Assembly: GCA_963924565.1 (NCBI GenBank)
Contig: OZ004611.1
Coordinates: forward strand, 24,428,001 to 24,492,000
Source of the DNA: Ascidiella aspersa
Taxonomy: Eukaryota
Length of the DNA stretch: 64,000 nucleotides
Direction: 5' to 3'
Shown: piece by piece, positions 23,745 through 38,479 of the stretch
How the letters are laid out: the number at the start of each line of letters is the position of its first letter
Position numbering within the stretch: the stretch's first letter is position 1
Position numbers and translations under genes: made by a program
Notes under the pieces: generated by a model
Seen by the model: only the letters and a program-made list of their open reading frames with translations
The model's database searches: none
What the model was told of the DNA's origin: nothing

Positions 23745-24195
23745 TTACGTTTTTAAACTGGGGGCCATGTACCCATGGGGTCAGTGAGAAAGTTTCAAGT
23801 GGTCTACACAACTTTTCACCTTTATGGACTGAAATTTATATAGGCCAAAAAAAACCTTTCTCATTGAATTGTAAAATAATAAAACGTTCGCCAGCCTTTC
23901 TAAATAGTTTCTGTTAGAGATGATTTGAAATTTAAACTAATGATTGTACAGTGCTGTTATAATTTTCCGCGTTAAAAAAATTGATGGTGTTCTTCCAATA
24001 TGGAAAAAAGAACAAAAGGGTCCACAACACCACATTATTAGAACCACTGGTTAATGATACGAAGTGTCGGATTGAATATACTTTTTAGTAAAATAATGGG
24101 TTCCTCTAATATTGAAAAAAAATAACGAAAGGGTCCACCACACAATAATATGACAACTACTGGTTAAAATTACGTGTCGAGTTGAAATATACTTT
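23745..24195. repeat. Decayed hAT-like MITE whose right end and flank are locally duplicated (~23990-24085 vs ~24100-24195)
   Basis: AAGGGTCCAC.AC...ACTGGTTAA...GTGTCG..TTGAA.TATACTTTT occurs twice ~110 bp apart; AGAACCACTG-type terminus. Confidence 0.55.
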
Positions 24196-24850
24196 TGGTC
24201 AACTAACGGCGCGCCAAACAGATTCGCTTTGTCCACTTTAACGTTCGATTCCAGTAAATGTCAAATATTATAGCGCGCGTTAATTCCCTTGTAAATCTTT
24301 AACAGAAGCCGTTTCGGGCGACGGCCGTGACGCCGCAGATAATAGACGCCTCTTGTGACGCCGAGCGCGAGTCATTGTTTGCGCAGGTTGGCTCGCTTCT
24401 TGACGCAATAATGAAGCGCACGCGCGTCTCTGGATGTACAGTACGCAGTCGCAGATGCTGCGGGGCTGGGCAGCTCTACGTGACTCATAGTTGGTTGCCC
24501 GCGCCAAGAAAACGCCCCTTTAACGCCAGTTGTGAACACCGATTTTCGCGAAGACCGTTTTTCCTTAGGTTGATTGAGTTTTTAGCTATTATTTGCTAAT
24601 AACTTCTGTATTGTTTAAATCAATACAACATTCTTTTACAAAGTCGGTTTAAAATATTTTTTTTATTTTTAGTTATTTAAAAAAGACTATTTTTTGTGAA
24701 AACGATGACTGATTTTTGCGAAATCTGATTTTAGCACACTCAATAATGGAACATATAGAAAGTTACGTTTTATTAACGGATGATTTCTTTCAATTGTTTG
24801 TCAACACGCTTATGAAATTTGGATTTTTATTTTTTTAGGAAAAGCACAAA

Positions 24851-27800
24851 ATGACTTTTCGGAGCGACAGTGGTAAGAAAAAGAAAAAATCTTTCTTTCT
24901 ATTTTTTACCCAAATTTATTCCTGAAGATTCTCAATCCGTTCTACTTGCGATTTTAAATATATGCTAACAAATTATTTTAAAGTGCGAAAGACGTTCATA
25001 AAATTAAAGAAAGGTCCTTTTTTTGCAGAGCCGGTGGGTAAAAGGGCAAAAAACACACAGGCGAGGTTAAAAAAAGTTTGGTGCTCTTCGAATTGGCCAC
25101 GAGACGTGACTCATGTTATGTAAGTACTCTTCAGTCGCACAAGTGCGCATATCACACAGGGAGAGAGAGTTGATTAACAGCTGCCAATTTAATTTTTTTA
25201 GCGATACAGTGTCTATTTGCAGCTGCACATGCAAGCACAGTCCCCATGCGGCAATGCAATAAGACCAGTTGGTACAGTAGCCTACTGTACGTGCCTTATC
25301 ATGTGATAGACTCTCAAAGGGACACTTCGATGTATTACAAACTCCGTCGGTTGAAGTCAAATGTCAATAAACACAGACAAACCCCGACGACGTTCATATT
25401 AAAAGGGCGTGTCCATTTATCGATTTCCTTAATCCGGACATCAGTATACCGCTTTGTTTTTAGAAAGTAGCGGCCAAAATAAATAAACCAGAGTACGTTT
25501 GTTTTAATATGTACTCAAAAACTGTTTTTTGTGCCAAAATTATTTCACTTCAAAGGACCCGAACTAAACTAGTGTCAGTTGTATAGTTATGTTTAGTCCT
25601 ACAATCGTGTAGAATTTCATTTTATACAAATACTATAAAATAATTACAGTTTCAGAACACACATACAAGAAAGTAAATGCTCCAATGTTGGCGCCGCTGC
25701 CATTACACATTCGCATACGTTTTATTTGACTGTGTGTCCAGCCACAACCTACACAACCAATTACAGTATGAGATAGCCAATCACGACTCACGAGTAAATC
25801 GTGCAGACTACAATAGAGGGCGTTTGTATATGTCTTGGACTCTGATACGCAGGATGGGGTTAAAATCCTTTTTTCTGTACTTGAGAAACGAAGTCTCTCC
25901 TTTTTCCGGATATTTTCGTTTTGGAAAACCAACAAGGATAAAAAATCGCGGACAACCCTTAAAACACGAGCTGCCCATTTTATTAGATTTAGGCGGCCGA
26001 AAAGGTTTTTGCCTATAGCATTTCAAACATCACTTTTCAATTGTCTATTTATTATACAGCGTATACTATTCGTTGTTTTCGGCAATTTTCTCATTCGAGC
26101 ACAACTGCAAAAAAGACTACTTCAGTGGTTTTCAAAGTTACTTTTTCTCGCGCCCTACTAAAATGTGTTAATCTTGCGACTCACCCAGCGTTATTTTTAT
26201 AATTTCTTTATTTGTGTGAAAAAACAGGACGATCAACTTTAATCCTACATTTGCGTTTTAGTTGCAACATTACTTTTCTCTTTTTATCTATATACACCCA
26301 GTGCCTATACACTATATTTTATAACGGAGCCAACGATATGTTGTGTCACGCCGAAAATCATTAAAAATATGATTGGTGCATATTAATCAACTGGTACAGT
26401 TTTCTAATAATGAGTTTTAATGCATATTATATAAAAGCATTACATTAGTATAGTTGATATACGAAACAGATATATTGTGCAACTCCCTTGGAAGATTAAA
26501 CCGGCGCACCAGGACGACGCTGACCACAGTTTGAGAACCTCTGAACTACATAATAATAGACATCCAACGCAGCTAATTGTTTTCGGCAACGGGTACAGGA
26601 GAGATGGCCAAGTGCCGCGCAAAAGGCAGCACTTTCAAGTATAGAGCGCGAACTCAGGATTTACGCGTGACCTTATGGCACTGGAGTTTGCGGCGGCGGA
26701 TCACCGCGCCAAAGAGCGCCAACAAACAAAGTCAGGTTTATTGGCGCGCCCGCCAGGTTTACGAGTTCAACCGTAAAAAAGAGAAGTTGCCAGGTCGCTT
26801 TCTGTGTGCATTGCGCGGCTCCACGTTTGAATCGTTCATTCACTCCCCCTTCCCGATCAACTTCACACCACGGATGTTATTTTGCTTTTTTTGTTAGTCT
26901 TGTCATAAGGCAAATGGTCGGTTAAACTTGGGTAAATAAACAAAGACTGGTCGTTTGAATATTGTGTTTTAAGTTTGAATGTAACCTTATAATAAGCAAG
27001 AAATTGAAATGACCACAAAATACAAGTATAGTCAAAAACATTTATTTAACCCTGACACATTAAGGTTGAAAGTACAGCGAGACAAACACCCCCACTGTCG
27101 CCTACCGTGGTAGTTATTACGAGTACCGAGGTAAGAAAGCCGATGTGTTTGCATTTCCACCTACAGCAATGCTTGACGCCTTATTTTGCTCCGCCCATGC
27201 ACTATTCCGTATCTGTTCGATTGACACCTGGTCCAATTCACTGTGGGCGAAACTCTTAGCTAGTCCGACGTAACAAACACCACCTTTGGACGCGCGGCGG
27301 TAGCGCGACTTAATGAATCACGCAGCGAATATACAACAGAGATTCCTACACATTGTCATTGTCGTCGTTAATATATACTGGAAATATGCACTGTATATGT
27401 AAAGGTCGAAAAACAAATTTTTCGAGTCAGCGTTTCGTGACCTTATTGTTTACAAGTGTCCATCAGGATTCCCATGTTTTCCTGCAATTAGTATAGTCCG
27501 CGTTTTTTTTGGATGAACTTACTGTTTAATTCAACTGTGTATGTATAGGCACGACCACAAGCATGCAAAAAAACAACAAGATTGCGTACGGACAAATTAA
27601 CAACATTTGCGAGTTTTCCAGTGTTTTAAATCCGCAATGCGTGTATCTCTTACCAACTTAATCTAAAGCTAAAATAATCTAAAGCTATTAGGCACGGCGA
27701 TTTTTTTTTTATTCGTATAGCTTGCGAAAATGAACGAATCATTCGACAGCTTGTATGCAGAAGTCCCGATATTGAATGATAGGGTCTTTGATATAGCGTT

Positions 27801-30273
27801 ATTTTAGATATCTTTTTTGATAAGTTTATGTGTCCCAACAATATTTTAAGGAGGCAAAACAGGCTCGTCAGGTGGAAAATTAAAAGGAACGTTAACATGT
27901 AGTATTTGAAAGCAGTTTTATGATTAATAAACCGCTGTCATTCGTAAGGTTTTTCAAAGGTGCCAGTCGACTGAAACCGTAGCAGATGAAAACGAAGTGT
28001 AGTTTGTAATATTTCTTGAACGTCTAATCTCAAGTTTGAAACCACGCGAAAGCGTCGTCCGTGGACCATTTTTGCTGCAAACACAAGTTGCAAGAGAAGC
28101 GGCATTTCGTGAAAAACTGGTTTGCGGCTTTGAGCGGCGGCGGCCGAAAAAAATAGGGCTGCTGACTCGTCGCTTTCGAAATGGCGCCATTTTCCAGATG
28201 GGAATCGCGAGTGGAAACTTACCGTGGGAGGTCCGGGACCCCTACGGCGAAAAACGAACGACAGCGCCGCAAGCTAAACGTGCAACGTACGCCCGAATCT
28301 CGCCACCGCCAACATAAAACGCTGCGCTTGCGATTTTTTGCAAGGCGTAGTAAAACGGCGTGTCAACAAAACAACACGATTTGTCTTGGATATGGCGCGA
28401 CGTTGAATTGTGACACGTCAGCTGCGCCAAACGCGCGCGTGTGTGTGTGATGCTCCCTCTTAAAGCGACGCAACGCCAAGTGTCGCAATCTTGAGTCCAT
28501 ATTAATTTCCGCAATAGCGTAACGCAATGTTTACAAAAAGCTACGGCTTGCTCATCGTAAAACTGGCGCTGCGTCGGGCTGAATTGCACGCGTGCGTTTG
28601 CGTATGAGTGTGCGCGCGTGAGTTTGCGTATGAGTGTGCGCGTGCGCGAGTGTGTACTTGAGTGTGAGCGTGTGCGCTGGGCAGTCTGGTTAGGGACGGT
28701 AATACTCGGTTTTAATCGGTTTATGGGAAAGTCTCTTGTTGCCAAAACGGATTTTCGCGCTCTGCCTCATTTTCTGCAAGTCATATCGTAAAGTTTAACA
28801 GTAGATTAACAAGCGTCATTAAATTTAATTAACATATATATAAAAAGTTGTATCTATGTTTATTGTTTAAATTGAATGAAAATACCACGATCAGATTCGA
28901 CTAAAAAATAAAAGTTTATTAGTGATTTCGGCAATTTCGAAATCGCGCTTGCAAAACCTGCACACCGACAGTTTTACAATATTGACCAAACCTACTCAAC
29001 GCGCCTAAAATAACAAACCCCACTCGTTCGAACTTCGGCGCACTTAATTCGGTGCAGCGACGGCCCTTTTAAAGTTTAGGAGAAAGCCTCTCGTAAAAGT
29101 TGGGCGATGGAAATTGGAAAGACCCCAATGGCCTTACCGCGCTTTTGTTGTCTCGTGTTTAATGATTGAAACGAAAGCGATGGCTCGTGCGAAGTCGGGT
29201 GTTTGTTTAACGTTTGAAAATGGTGGTTTAATTTTAACAAAAATACGGGGGTGGTAAGAACTGCGAGGGTTGAACGTTTAGCACGTTTGTTTACACAATT
29301 TCTTAAAAACAACAATACCAAAATTTTGCAAACGACTTTAGTACATCGCACAGCATCGGGTATATAAAAAAAAAATTCCTAATATACATTTATTTCTCGT
29401 ATGCTTGCCTGCATGCCTATGAAGATATTTATAGTTTATTTTTATTTTCATAAATTATAAAACGCTTCTGGACTCACTCAACAATATTATAAAATCTCTG
29501 CAATATAAAGTTGACATTTGTTACGAAAATGCTTATCAAGCCTTTACTTAAGGATAACTGTTGCACCGTTTCACGCAACCTGGGTCAACAAAAACAAAAA
29601 CATAAAAATTAGGCAACAAAAATGTGGTTTTCGAAATGATATCTATGTATAAGCCTAAAAGGCTTAAGAGACCGACAAATACAATATCAAAACCAGCAAA
29701 TTAATTCAAACTGATTAAAAACAAATACCTTAATATGGAAACGGGTCTGTATCGCAACTGTTTATCGTTGGTACACCTGTGACAATGATGTGCTTCTCAC
29801 ACGAAATTTTACAAGATTTCCAAACTCCATCCCAGAAGTTAGTGTATAAACGAGCTAAGTTAGGTAGGCAACGGTTTTTTTTTCAAATTCTTCAAAGCCA
29901 TGAAGATAGTATTTAGAAATTTTACAACACAAATTTGTTGTGGAAATGGGACAGTCATGTGTATCAGTATACGCTATTACCATAGTTAACCTTCAGACAG
30001 CCGTATAGGCATATCCTCCTACCAAGTCCCTTGGCATGCTTCGGTAAGCTACAGAACCGCCAATCCAAATACCGGGGGAAGCCCCCGACGGTGAATCGGA
30101 AATCACCAGGATTCGTAAACGGGGAAGCCGGCTTCGGAAGGTTCGAGAATGTTAATTCACTCCAGGCGCCATGGCCGCATTTTAACCTGCCAAAAGGAAC
30201 CAGCCCTCGCCCACGCGAGTTTCCAAGGCTACCTTCGCCTTACACACAACCCCAAAACAAAGAGGAGGCCTAA
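24851..30273 (+). CDS. Candidate orphan spliced ORF (24851..24872, 25029..25119, 29997..30273; 129 aa, basic/Pro-rich), or exons of a lncRNA
   Basis: Strong sites: T-rich TAG|24839, TG|GTAAGA 24872, TTTTTTGCAG|25029, AT|GTAAGT 25119. Phases 1 and 2 happen to join the track ORF 30031..30273 via CTTCAG|29997 (weak acceptor). AATAAA at 30547. No recognisable homology. Confidence 0.25.
28585..28678. repeat. Alternating purine-pyrimidine (GT/GC) low-complexity tract with a duplicated GTTTGCGTATGAGTGTGCGCG unit
   Basis: Seen directly in the sequence. Confidence 0.75.
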
Positions 30274-33200
30274 ACCACAGGCTGATGTCGGCTACTGTCT
30301 GGTTTCGGTTCATCCGCAGCACACACCTAACAACACCGCGTGACAGGATCTTCCCTGTGTTTCGTAATTCGTTAATACTTTTTCGAATATTTTCGGTCAG
30401 CTCTAGAAATCCTTTTTGTTTCAGATTTTCATTTCTACTTCTTTTCTGAAAGAAATACGAAATTCTGCTTGGTTTTAGGTTTCGTTCAATTTATTTTACT
30501 AACTCTCAATAACAGATACAGACTTGCTTCGATTTAGGACCTAACAAATAAAAACATTCAAGCTCCTTTGTCTGTGAGCCATTGTGTCCCTCAAACGATT
30601 TTAACCATTGGATGCATTCAACGCCGCATGAAAAAACAATGACATGTATAAACAATTCAGATTTTTACCAAAAAATTCATACAAAATTTTACTAAAAATT
30701 TACATCGTTTCATTAAAACGTATTGCAAAATTTAACCTATGCCAAGAAAACCTTTGTAAAAGTCGTTAAACGAAAATCAAATGTTGAATTGTGTTCTTGA
30801 TAAACACACATTAATGAACTAATTTGACCATTCCAGACTTGAAAAAAGGTTACTTTGAAAAGCAATAATATGTACTGTATACTTAAATACACGCTTGAAC
30901 AAAAAATCTCTTTTAACACTTTTGGGAACTTAAAATATATCAATACTGTAAAATAACACAACAGAACTAAAGCCTTTGTTCTGTCGCGTTATAGCTGAAG
31001 AAAATTGATGGGGATTTAATTGATCTAATTAAACTGAAGTGCAGCAATGCTAATTGATGTCGAAATAATTAATTTCACTACCATCGGGGTGTGTCTCCTC
31101 CGATTTAGCAACGCGGTGTATCAAGGCTATAACAGGGCAAAATAACGATGATCATTCGGGTTGTTGAACTTTGAAGTCAAACAATCGACTATCGTCGCGC
31201 ATTATTACTTGAAGGGTGCGCTGTCTGACAGGCGTGTTTGCAAGGTCAATATAGGGCCTTTGTTATTCCAAATGTAACCATCCCTATTCTACGTTCTTCT
31301 CACGAAGGCGGCCACTTCATTTTCCCCTGCGGATTGCGGTTTCCAGTGCAGCCGTGCATATTGGCACAGAGGCGGAGACAGAAAGCATCGAGGAGGTGCC
31401 GTGCTGATTAATGGCCCCCGGGTGGGATAGCGTTTGCACCGCGCAAGCAGCAAGCCTACTGTATATATGCGCCTTGCTGTAAACCTGCCAATCATCGGCC
31501 CACCCAGCAGCCAAAGTACACGTTACTGGCTTTAATGAAGCTTGAACTAGTGGTCGTTGGGCAGGCTTACGCGTCCTATTAAGAGAAGTGACGGAGCCTC
31601 CGTTTGAACCAGGGGGTTAAAAAGGTAAATGGTGTTTTGGGGGGATTTAATGCTCGTTTTTATTAGTTCCGACTTTTTCCACATAGGCTTGCTTGATCAT
31701 GTACACTTGTGTACTTCTGTATTGTTATTTTGTTCGTTAAAACTGATACGTTATAAATGGTGCCACTTCAATAGGCATTTTCTCAGCCGTCCTGATTGCG
31801 GGGTTCTGTTAATAAACTGGAGGGAGCCCTTTCAAATCACTCGATGTAAAACTGATCATAGGGGCAGAGATAGGAGTAAAACGAAAAAAAGTGATTTTTG
31901 AAACGTCGATAAAACTGGGCTTCAGGTGGTAAAATACAGAAAATGTTGCGAAAAATTAGAGCTTGTCTCCCGTTGCCGAATAAAAGTTATGTAAACTATC
32001 CTGTTGGTAAAAACAAGCGTCGTATAAAAAAACATATTTTGAAATTCATGCCTTTTCTATATAGCTGTACCGAAAAAAATATAATTTTGCGTAACTTTGA
32101 AACTACACACATTTGGATTTTTCCTAGCAGCAGCGGCCTTCAACTATCCTTGGCATTTAAAAACGAAATAAAAAATGGCCAGAAAAGAAGCCCTGGGCGT
32201 TTTCAAAGCGGCCCTGAAACCTGGCCTGTTGCTTCAGCAGCGAATCGAAATCGTTCGGGGAACACCTGGAATTAACTGCGGTGGTCTTCTTTGTTCTCAG
32301 AACAAACAGGGCGCGCGAAGGACCGCGGTCTCGGCTGCCGAGAAACGTCAGCGAGCGGTTCGGCAATAAAACTAATTCGCGCGAGCACGACGCTTTTTGA
32401 CTTGAGTTAATGACCTAGGTTGAAGTGCCAGCGGCGCGTTGCTCCCGTTATTGTAGGGGCGCTTGGTGGCCAGTATACGGTTCGGCATACACAAAGTCAC
32501 CGACCAACTTTTTCCAAAACCTTGTAAAATAGTTCGGCATATAGTGACATCACAAAACCTTGTACTGATTTCTCTGGAAATAAGAAAAAACGTTGCTCTG
32601 ACAAAACAAACAAATAGTTGACAAATGTGTTTTGTAATACTTTTTGTAGTTAGGTTGTTTAGAGCAGAAAAAGTCAGAAATGTAACTTATTATACAAATC
32701 AATGTAACAAATGTGGTAAAAAGTCTCAACCGGCTACTGATTTTTATTTTAAAAACGAAGCACATGTGGCGAACATAAATACCAATATATTTTATCATAG
32801 AATATTTTCTGAAAATTTCCATAAAATATTATGTGAAATTCTGTTTCAAGAACTGTTGATTGCTTCAGTTTAAAAGCATTAAAAAAAACACTTTCCCATA
32901 AGGCCAAAACTATATAGCAGCAGCAATGCAAATACGGTGGTGATGAAATATTGGAATATTAATTACATCACGGGTGGTTGCTCAGATAACAAAGTTGTCA
33001 TGCAATATTAACGGAGTTATTTTGCAAATGAGCAGGTGCTTCGTGTGCTAAAACGGCGATAGAAAGACTTAACACAAAAGGACAAAAAAAAAACTACTCG
33101 ACTGTTCAGCTGATGTTAAAAATGTTTATGACCGATCTTATGCAATAAAAAAGCCACGCTGTTGGGGCAGCTTCCTGTGTGTATTAGACCTGAAGTTAAA

Positions 33201-36200
33201 TTTAATAATGGGGGATAAAGATTTTTGAGAACAAAATAGAAATTGAATGCTTGGCCGTGGTCACGTAATGCGTAACGTCAATGTGTTGCCCCTGTCGAAA
33301 TTTGATCTTTAACGATTAACAATTTACACAAAGCACTATGAACTTGCAGTTTAAACTTTCCCTGTGGAACTTTTTCGCTGTTGTGTCTGCAGCCGACGCG
33401 TATAGGCTTTCTATAGAAAATTTTTGTTCTTGATGCGGTATCGGACATGATCGGGTGATGTTTGGGTATAGGAGGCAATAATTAAGTCTGAAACCCTATC
33501 ACAGCAATTTATGAGGTAACGCCCATCGATAGCATGTTATGGCGATATCTCGCGTATTTATACAGGTGGGTCGTGCGGCGTGCGCGGTAGTCCCGTATGT
33601 TTATTGACTGATGCGATTGATGGGAGCTTTGTTATTCTGCCAAACCGTAAGGCTTTAAGTTAAGAATAGGCGAAGTTTGAACATGTTTTAATGGATGGTA
33701 ATTCTATGAACTATAGGGCATTGTGACCTAGAGCTTAGTAAAACCACTGTAATAAACCCTATAATAGTTTGGCCTGCAATTGGTATAGCGTATTTACGCC
33801 ACTTTTGTTATATTAAAAGGTTTATTTTTATTATTAAAAGTATTATATTTTAGGTAAAATTGAGGCGAAAATTCCTCCAATGTGCTTTTCGCAGTGTAAA
33901 GGTATGAAACTTGAAAATCTTCATTTCAAGTACTTTTTTAGACTTTGGTTGAAAGCAAAATATAGTTTGATTCTTGTCAGTTGATTTCTGCAATTGTAAT
34001 AATTACCCAAGATAGTTGCATATAGAAAAATGGGGCCATAATCTGTTCGTGTCAAATGAATTTCTTTCTATTTTCACAAATATATCCCCATATTGTTTAA
34101 AATGGTCTTAATACGTTGCATTTGATTCATATATACCCTGCTTTAGACATATAAAAACCTCAAATCCGATGTCTAATAAAGTCGCCCGTGTATACTCTTT
34201 GTCGTCATATGTCACACACCCACATGACGAATCATCTCAGGATTATTTTGAATCGCTGGGTGCTCATTGTTCTCCTTTACAAAGAGAGTTTGACTCGTAA
34301 CAACAGGGATTTAATTTCATTGCATTGAATTTAACAAGGGGGAAAACAAACTGGTTTAATGTTAAACTTCTGCCCGTAAATAAAAACGTGACGTTGCTAT
34401 ATCGTTTGAGAGCATGAAGTATACTTATAGGCGGACTAAGCATTGTAACACTAATATGATGTTGTATCCGTGAACGCTGAAAATCAACTGGATAATAAGG
34501 CTATATTTTTTTAGATTGTTCAATGTTGAATAAAAAGCAATGATTTAGGTCATTCTAGCTAGTGTGTTTATGCATTCAATGATAACAAGTAATACCTTTA
34601 ATATTTTTTAAGGGGTATCAAAAATCCAACTGGTTCGTCTTGGCCTCCCAGCAGTAACAAACGTAAAACGGTTAAGAACTACTGATTTAAGAATACTCGC
34701 TATATACACATAAAAGAAACGCACAAAACGACTACCCTTTAATATTTAGACGCGTATTCGCAGTTCAACGAAATGGGAAAGTTTTTAGGGTTGCTGCTTA
34801 TACAGTTGGGTTATTTTACAAGTTTCGCCCCTTTAGCGTACACGATTACAAATCCGTCGGACCGAAACTGGACCCAGTAACAACGTGGTTGCTTTGTGCC
34901 GTCACTATGCAAATGTCTCGTCATGGAAAACTTCAGATGGAATTCCGATTGCAGCAATCACAATAGTTCCCTTGTAAAATAAACATAGGCAGGGGTGTAT
35001 AGCAGTATTTGACCAAGGCTATAGCTGTACAAAAGCTACAGATGTATTTGGCAAGTCGGGTTAAACTTAATATAACATTTAGGAGGGAATTGTGTTTATT
35101 TTATAATGACTTACAACAAGGTATGGACCCAGTTTCGGACTGTATCTCTGACAGAAGTATAACATTTTGATAACATACCAACTTTCTGACTCTTGTTTTA
35201 AGGGGCTTTAAATGATAATGTTTCACACAGGTTGCTTCGTGGTTCTTGAACACATACCATAAGCTCATTAAATATTTCCACCCACAAAGGAAACCGAAAC
35301 GAAACAGTCTTTTGGAAAAGCTAACTCAAGATAGACAAAAAAAAAAAAAAATTGACAAACGCGACAACACAGAAAGGTAATGCTTTGTACTAGAAAGGTC
35401 GTATTTGGTGCTGTGAACTGTAAAGAGTGCATTGCTTTGGACACGTGGGTTGTTCACCTTAGAAGGATTAATATTCATTAAAGCGTTACAACTTTGAAAA
35501 AAAACGATCAAAGTAAAGTGTAACTTTGGATCCATAGATACTATTCTCAGGTGATTCTTTCAAAAGTTTTGTTACAGATTGATGGTCTCGTCTATAGTAT
35601 AAATATTTCGCTTTAACTTTGATTCCGGGTCGATATCCATAAATTTTAAAGATAAACTGGGAATATTGTAGGATAGTTATTTATATTTTTTAAAGGCCAT
35701 ACCAACACAATTAATATGGAAAACTGTTTTTATGTTTCACAAGAAAAACCGAAAACGCGAAGAAAAACATTTCACAAATTATAAATATGATAGACTAAAA
35801 AACTCTAAATTAGCTTTATATGTTAGTGTGTCTGGTGAAACATTATACCATTATAATTTTGTTTGCATTTTTTTCATTATATTTAAAGACGAAAATAATC
35901 TACCCCTCTTAAGAATTATCAATACATATCAATTTCGTTTTCCTGAATAGTCCGAAGCATTGTCAGGCACATTCTGACGCAGGGAGTTCCGCTTTTCAGG
36001 CAAATACCGACCTCAATTACGGTCAACAAACACGTTCCAGACGTTTCTAAGTGACGTATACAAAACGAACCGAAAGTTGTGGCCAGCGCTACCGAGAGGG
36101 GATCTCCCCAACAAAATTTTTCGTTTTTTTTTGCGCGTTTTTGCAAACCGGACATTATACTCTAAGATTGAGGATACTGCTATTTATATTTGAATTGGTC

Positions 36201-36204
36201 CCAT

Positions 36205-36440
36205 AATAACACGTCAAGTCCCAGTCCAAGTCATCGGTTGCCCAAGTCATAATTAGAGCAAGTCAACTTCAAGTCAAGTCCCAGTCATAAAACTAAAACT
36301 TTAAACTATTAAACAGGTCAAATCGTCCGACTATGTGCAATAACTCAATTAACAATGACATGTGCAAAACCTAAATAACCTAATTACAAACTGCTGAATG
36401 AAAACGCTTAATTTTCATTTGTTTAAAAGACTTAAATAAA
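36205..36440 (+). mobile_element. Truncated CAAGT-repeat MITE copy
   Basis: CAAGTCCCAGTCCAAGTC...AAGTCAAGTCCCAGTCATAAAA...AAATCGTCCGACTATGTGCAATAA colinear with the 17262 and 22868 copies; termini missing. Confidence 0.65.
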
Positions 36441-38479
36441 CTAAAAGGCAAATGGCCGCAAGATATAAGAATATAAATAGTGACGACTATATATTTGGGC
36501 ATTTTGAAGATATAGCGCAAATGAAAGGTTGTTTGTTCTTAACGACCGCCAATTTGTGTTCTATTTTTGAAAGTTCATATCTAAAAATAGTAAAGAAAGT
36601 CTTGTAATATAGTATTAACGTCGATTTTGCACTTAGTGGGTAGGGTGGGATTATATAAATAGAAATAAGATACTGATTTAGGCCGTTCTGGCATTCTGGA
36701 GCAAATATAGCTCAAACCAACGACAACCGCTGAAAAAAGTTTTGTATTCATTTGATGGTTTGTTCTATTTTAATAAGTTTGGTATGTTGCAACATGAGCG
36801 TAATTGTGCAATGGCCAACATGGCTGGGTAATAAGTGACTTTCATTTGTTTTAAATTGATGGGGCTTACGTTAATTCGGAGAAAATATAGCGCAAACCTG
36901 TGAAGGTTGGTTCTAATTTTAGAATTATGCCAATATGAAATTGTGAACGGCAGTCTTGCCTTGGAGCCGCGTTTCTCAAACTTCTGTTTTACTTCCTTGA
37001 ATCAACGTAAGCCCTATCAATTTAAAAAAGAAAAGTTAAAAAAAAAATCAAGGTAAAATCATTACTCCGATTTTCCAATCAATACTAACAGCAATACTTG
37101 CTGTAATAAAACATGTAAAATTATATTTTCTAACTGAAATCAATGAAAAGAATGGGCTCCCGTTAATATAATTTCTCAGCAAAAAATGGAGAGATGTTCC
37201 TAACCTAAACCTTTGAAACATCGCAGCAGACAAATAGCGACAATGTGCTAATCCCAACATAATCGATTATTATGCTTGCAAACATAAACAGTATAAGAAC
37301 ATAGTTGTAGGTAGGCTTATTATATGAGGAAATACAGCGCCATCAATCAATAAAGACTGTACGAGTGTACATGGCACAACGTGGTTTTGTTGTAATCGGA
37401 GGTAGGGTGACATCTCAAAGGTGTGAACGGAAGTCTTGCGATGGAACCACTAACCGTGGACACAAATAACGTTGTTGTGCAACGCCCGTGATTCTAAACA
37501 GCAGCCACATTCTCTAATTGGGCAGGCTCGAAAGCGGATACACAAGACACGGTGTCCTGCACAAGACAACGCACCACCACGTCCGGTCAGCTCAGCACAC
37601 AACGACGAGGCCTTGCAAGCATCACGCGACCAACGCGTGCCCGCATTTGTGGTGACGTAATATGCAAAGCAAGCGCCTATAGCGACGCGAGACTCACTCA
37701 TGACCGTTAGTCATAACGGACGCAAAGGACATTAGCAGGCGCTTTCGACAATTCCAATATAGCATATAGTCGCTCGTGATTTATAGCGCTGACGACTCCT
37801 TGCATCATCCCGAATTTATTTAACCTTTAATTAAAAGAATGCCGCGCGCACGGGATTATCGCGCAAAAGGTCACCGGAAAATGGCCTTTCGTCGCTTGTG
37901 CAAAGTCCGGTGCCGTTTTCAGTGGGTAATGTCCCTCTCAGGTGGAAGCCTTGCGCGTAGAGCAGCGAACGGTGATTTACCTGGTGGGTGGTTTGTGCTG
38001 CTTGCAAAGGTGATCCGTTTTACGGCCCATAAAGGGAACCCATAGCGGCCTTGTACTGCTTGCACTAAGCGCCGCTGTTTTATGTTTCGTAATTTTGCCC
38101 TAAAATCCGCTGTGTAATATTTCGTGGGCAGTCGATGGGAAATTTTGAAAATTTTTTTGTAAAATATAATTTATTTTAAAAAGGGGTTGGTATCAATTAG
38201 TAACCTACTGTATATGACCTAATCATGCGATTTGATTGCCACAATGCCTAAAAATGTTCACATTTAAGAATTATTGGGACAGTCATAAGTGGTCATCTGG
38301 TGTATAATTTCTGTCAAACAAATACACTCTACGATCGCTGTTGATTGCATAAGTAACCCTTTTTTGGTCATTGCATTAGTAAAAGTGGGTTGAAAAGCCG
38401 AGTCGTGTGAGGCATAGCGCTAAAGTGTTAAGATTCCCCCCTCCCCCTCCCCCTCCCCCCTTTTCCATTTGTATATTGA

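Noticed and set aside
26673-26725. TATGGCACTGG matches the 5' end of miR-183
   Set aside because: Only 11 nt match and the surrounding hairpin pairs poorly.
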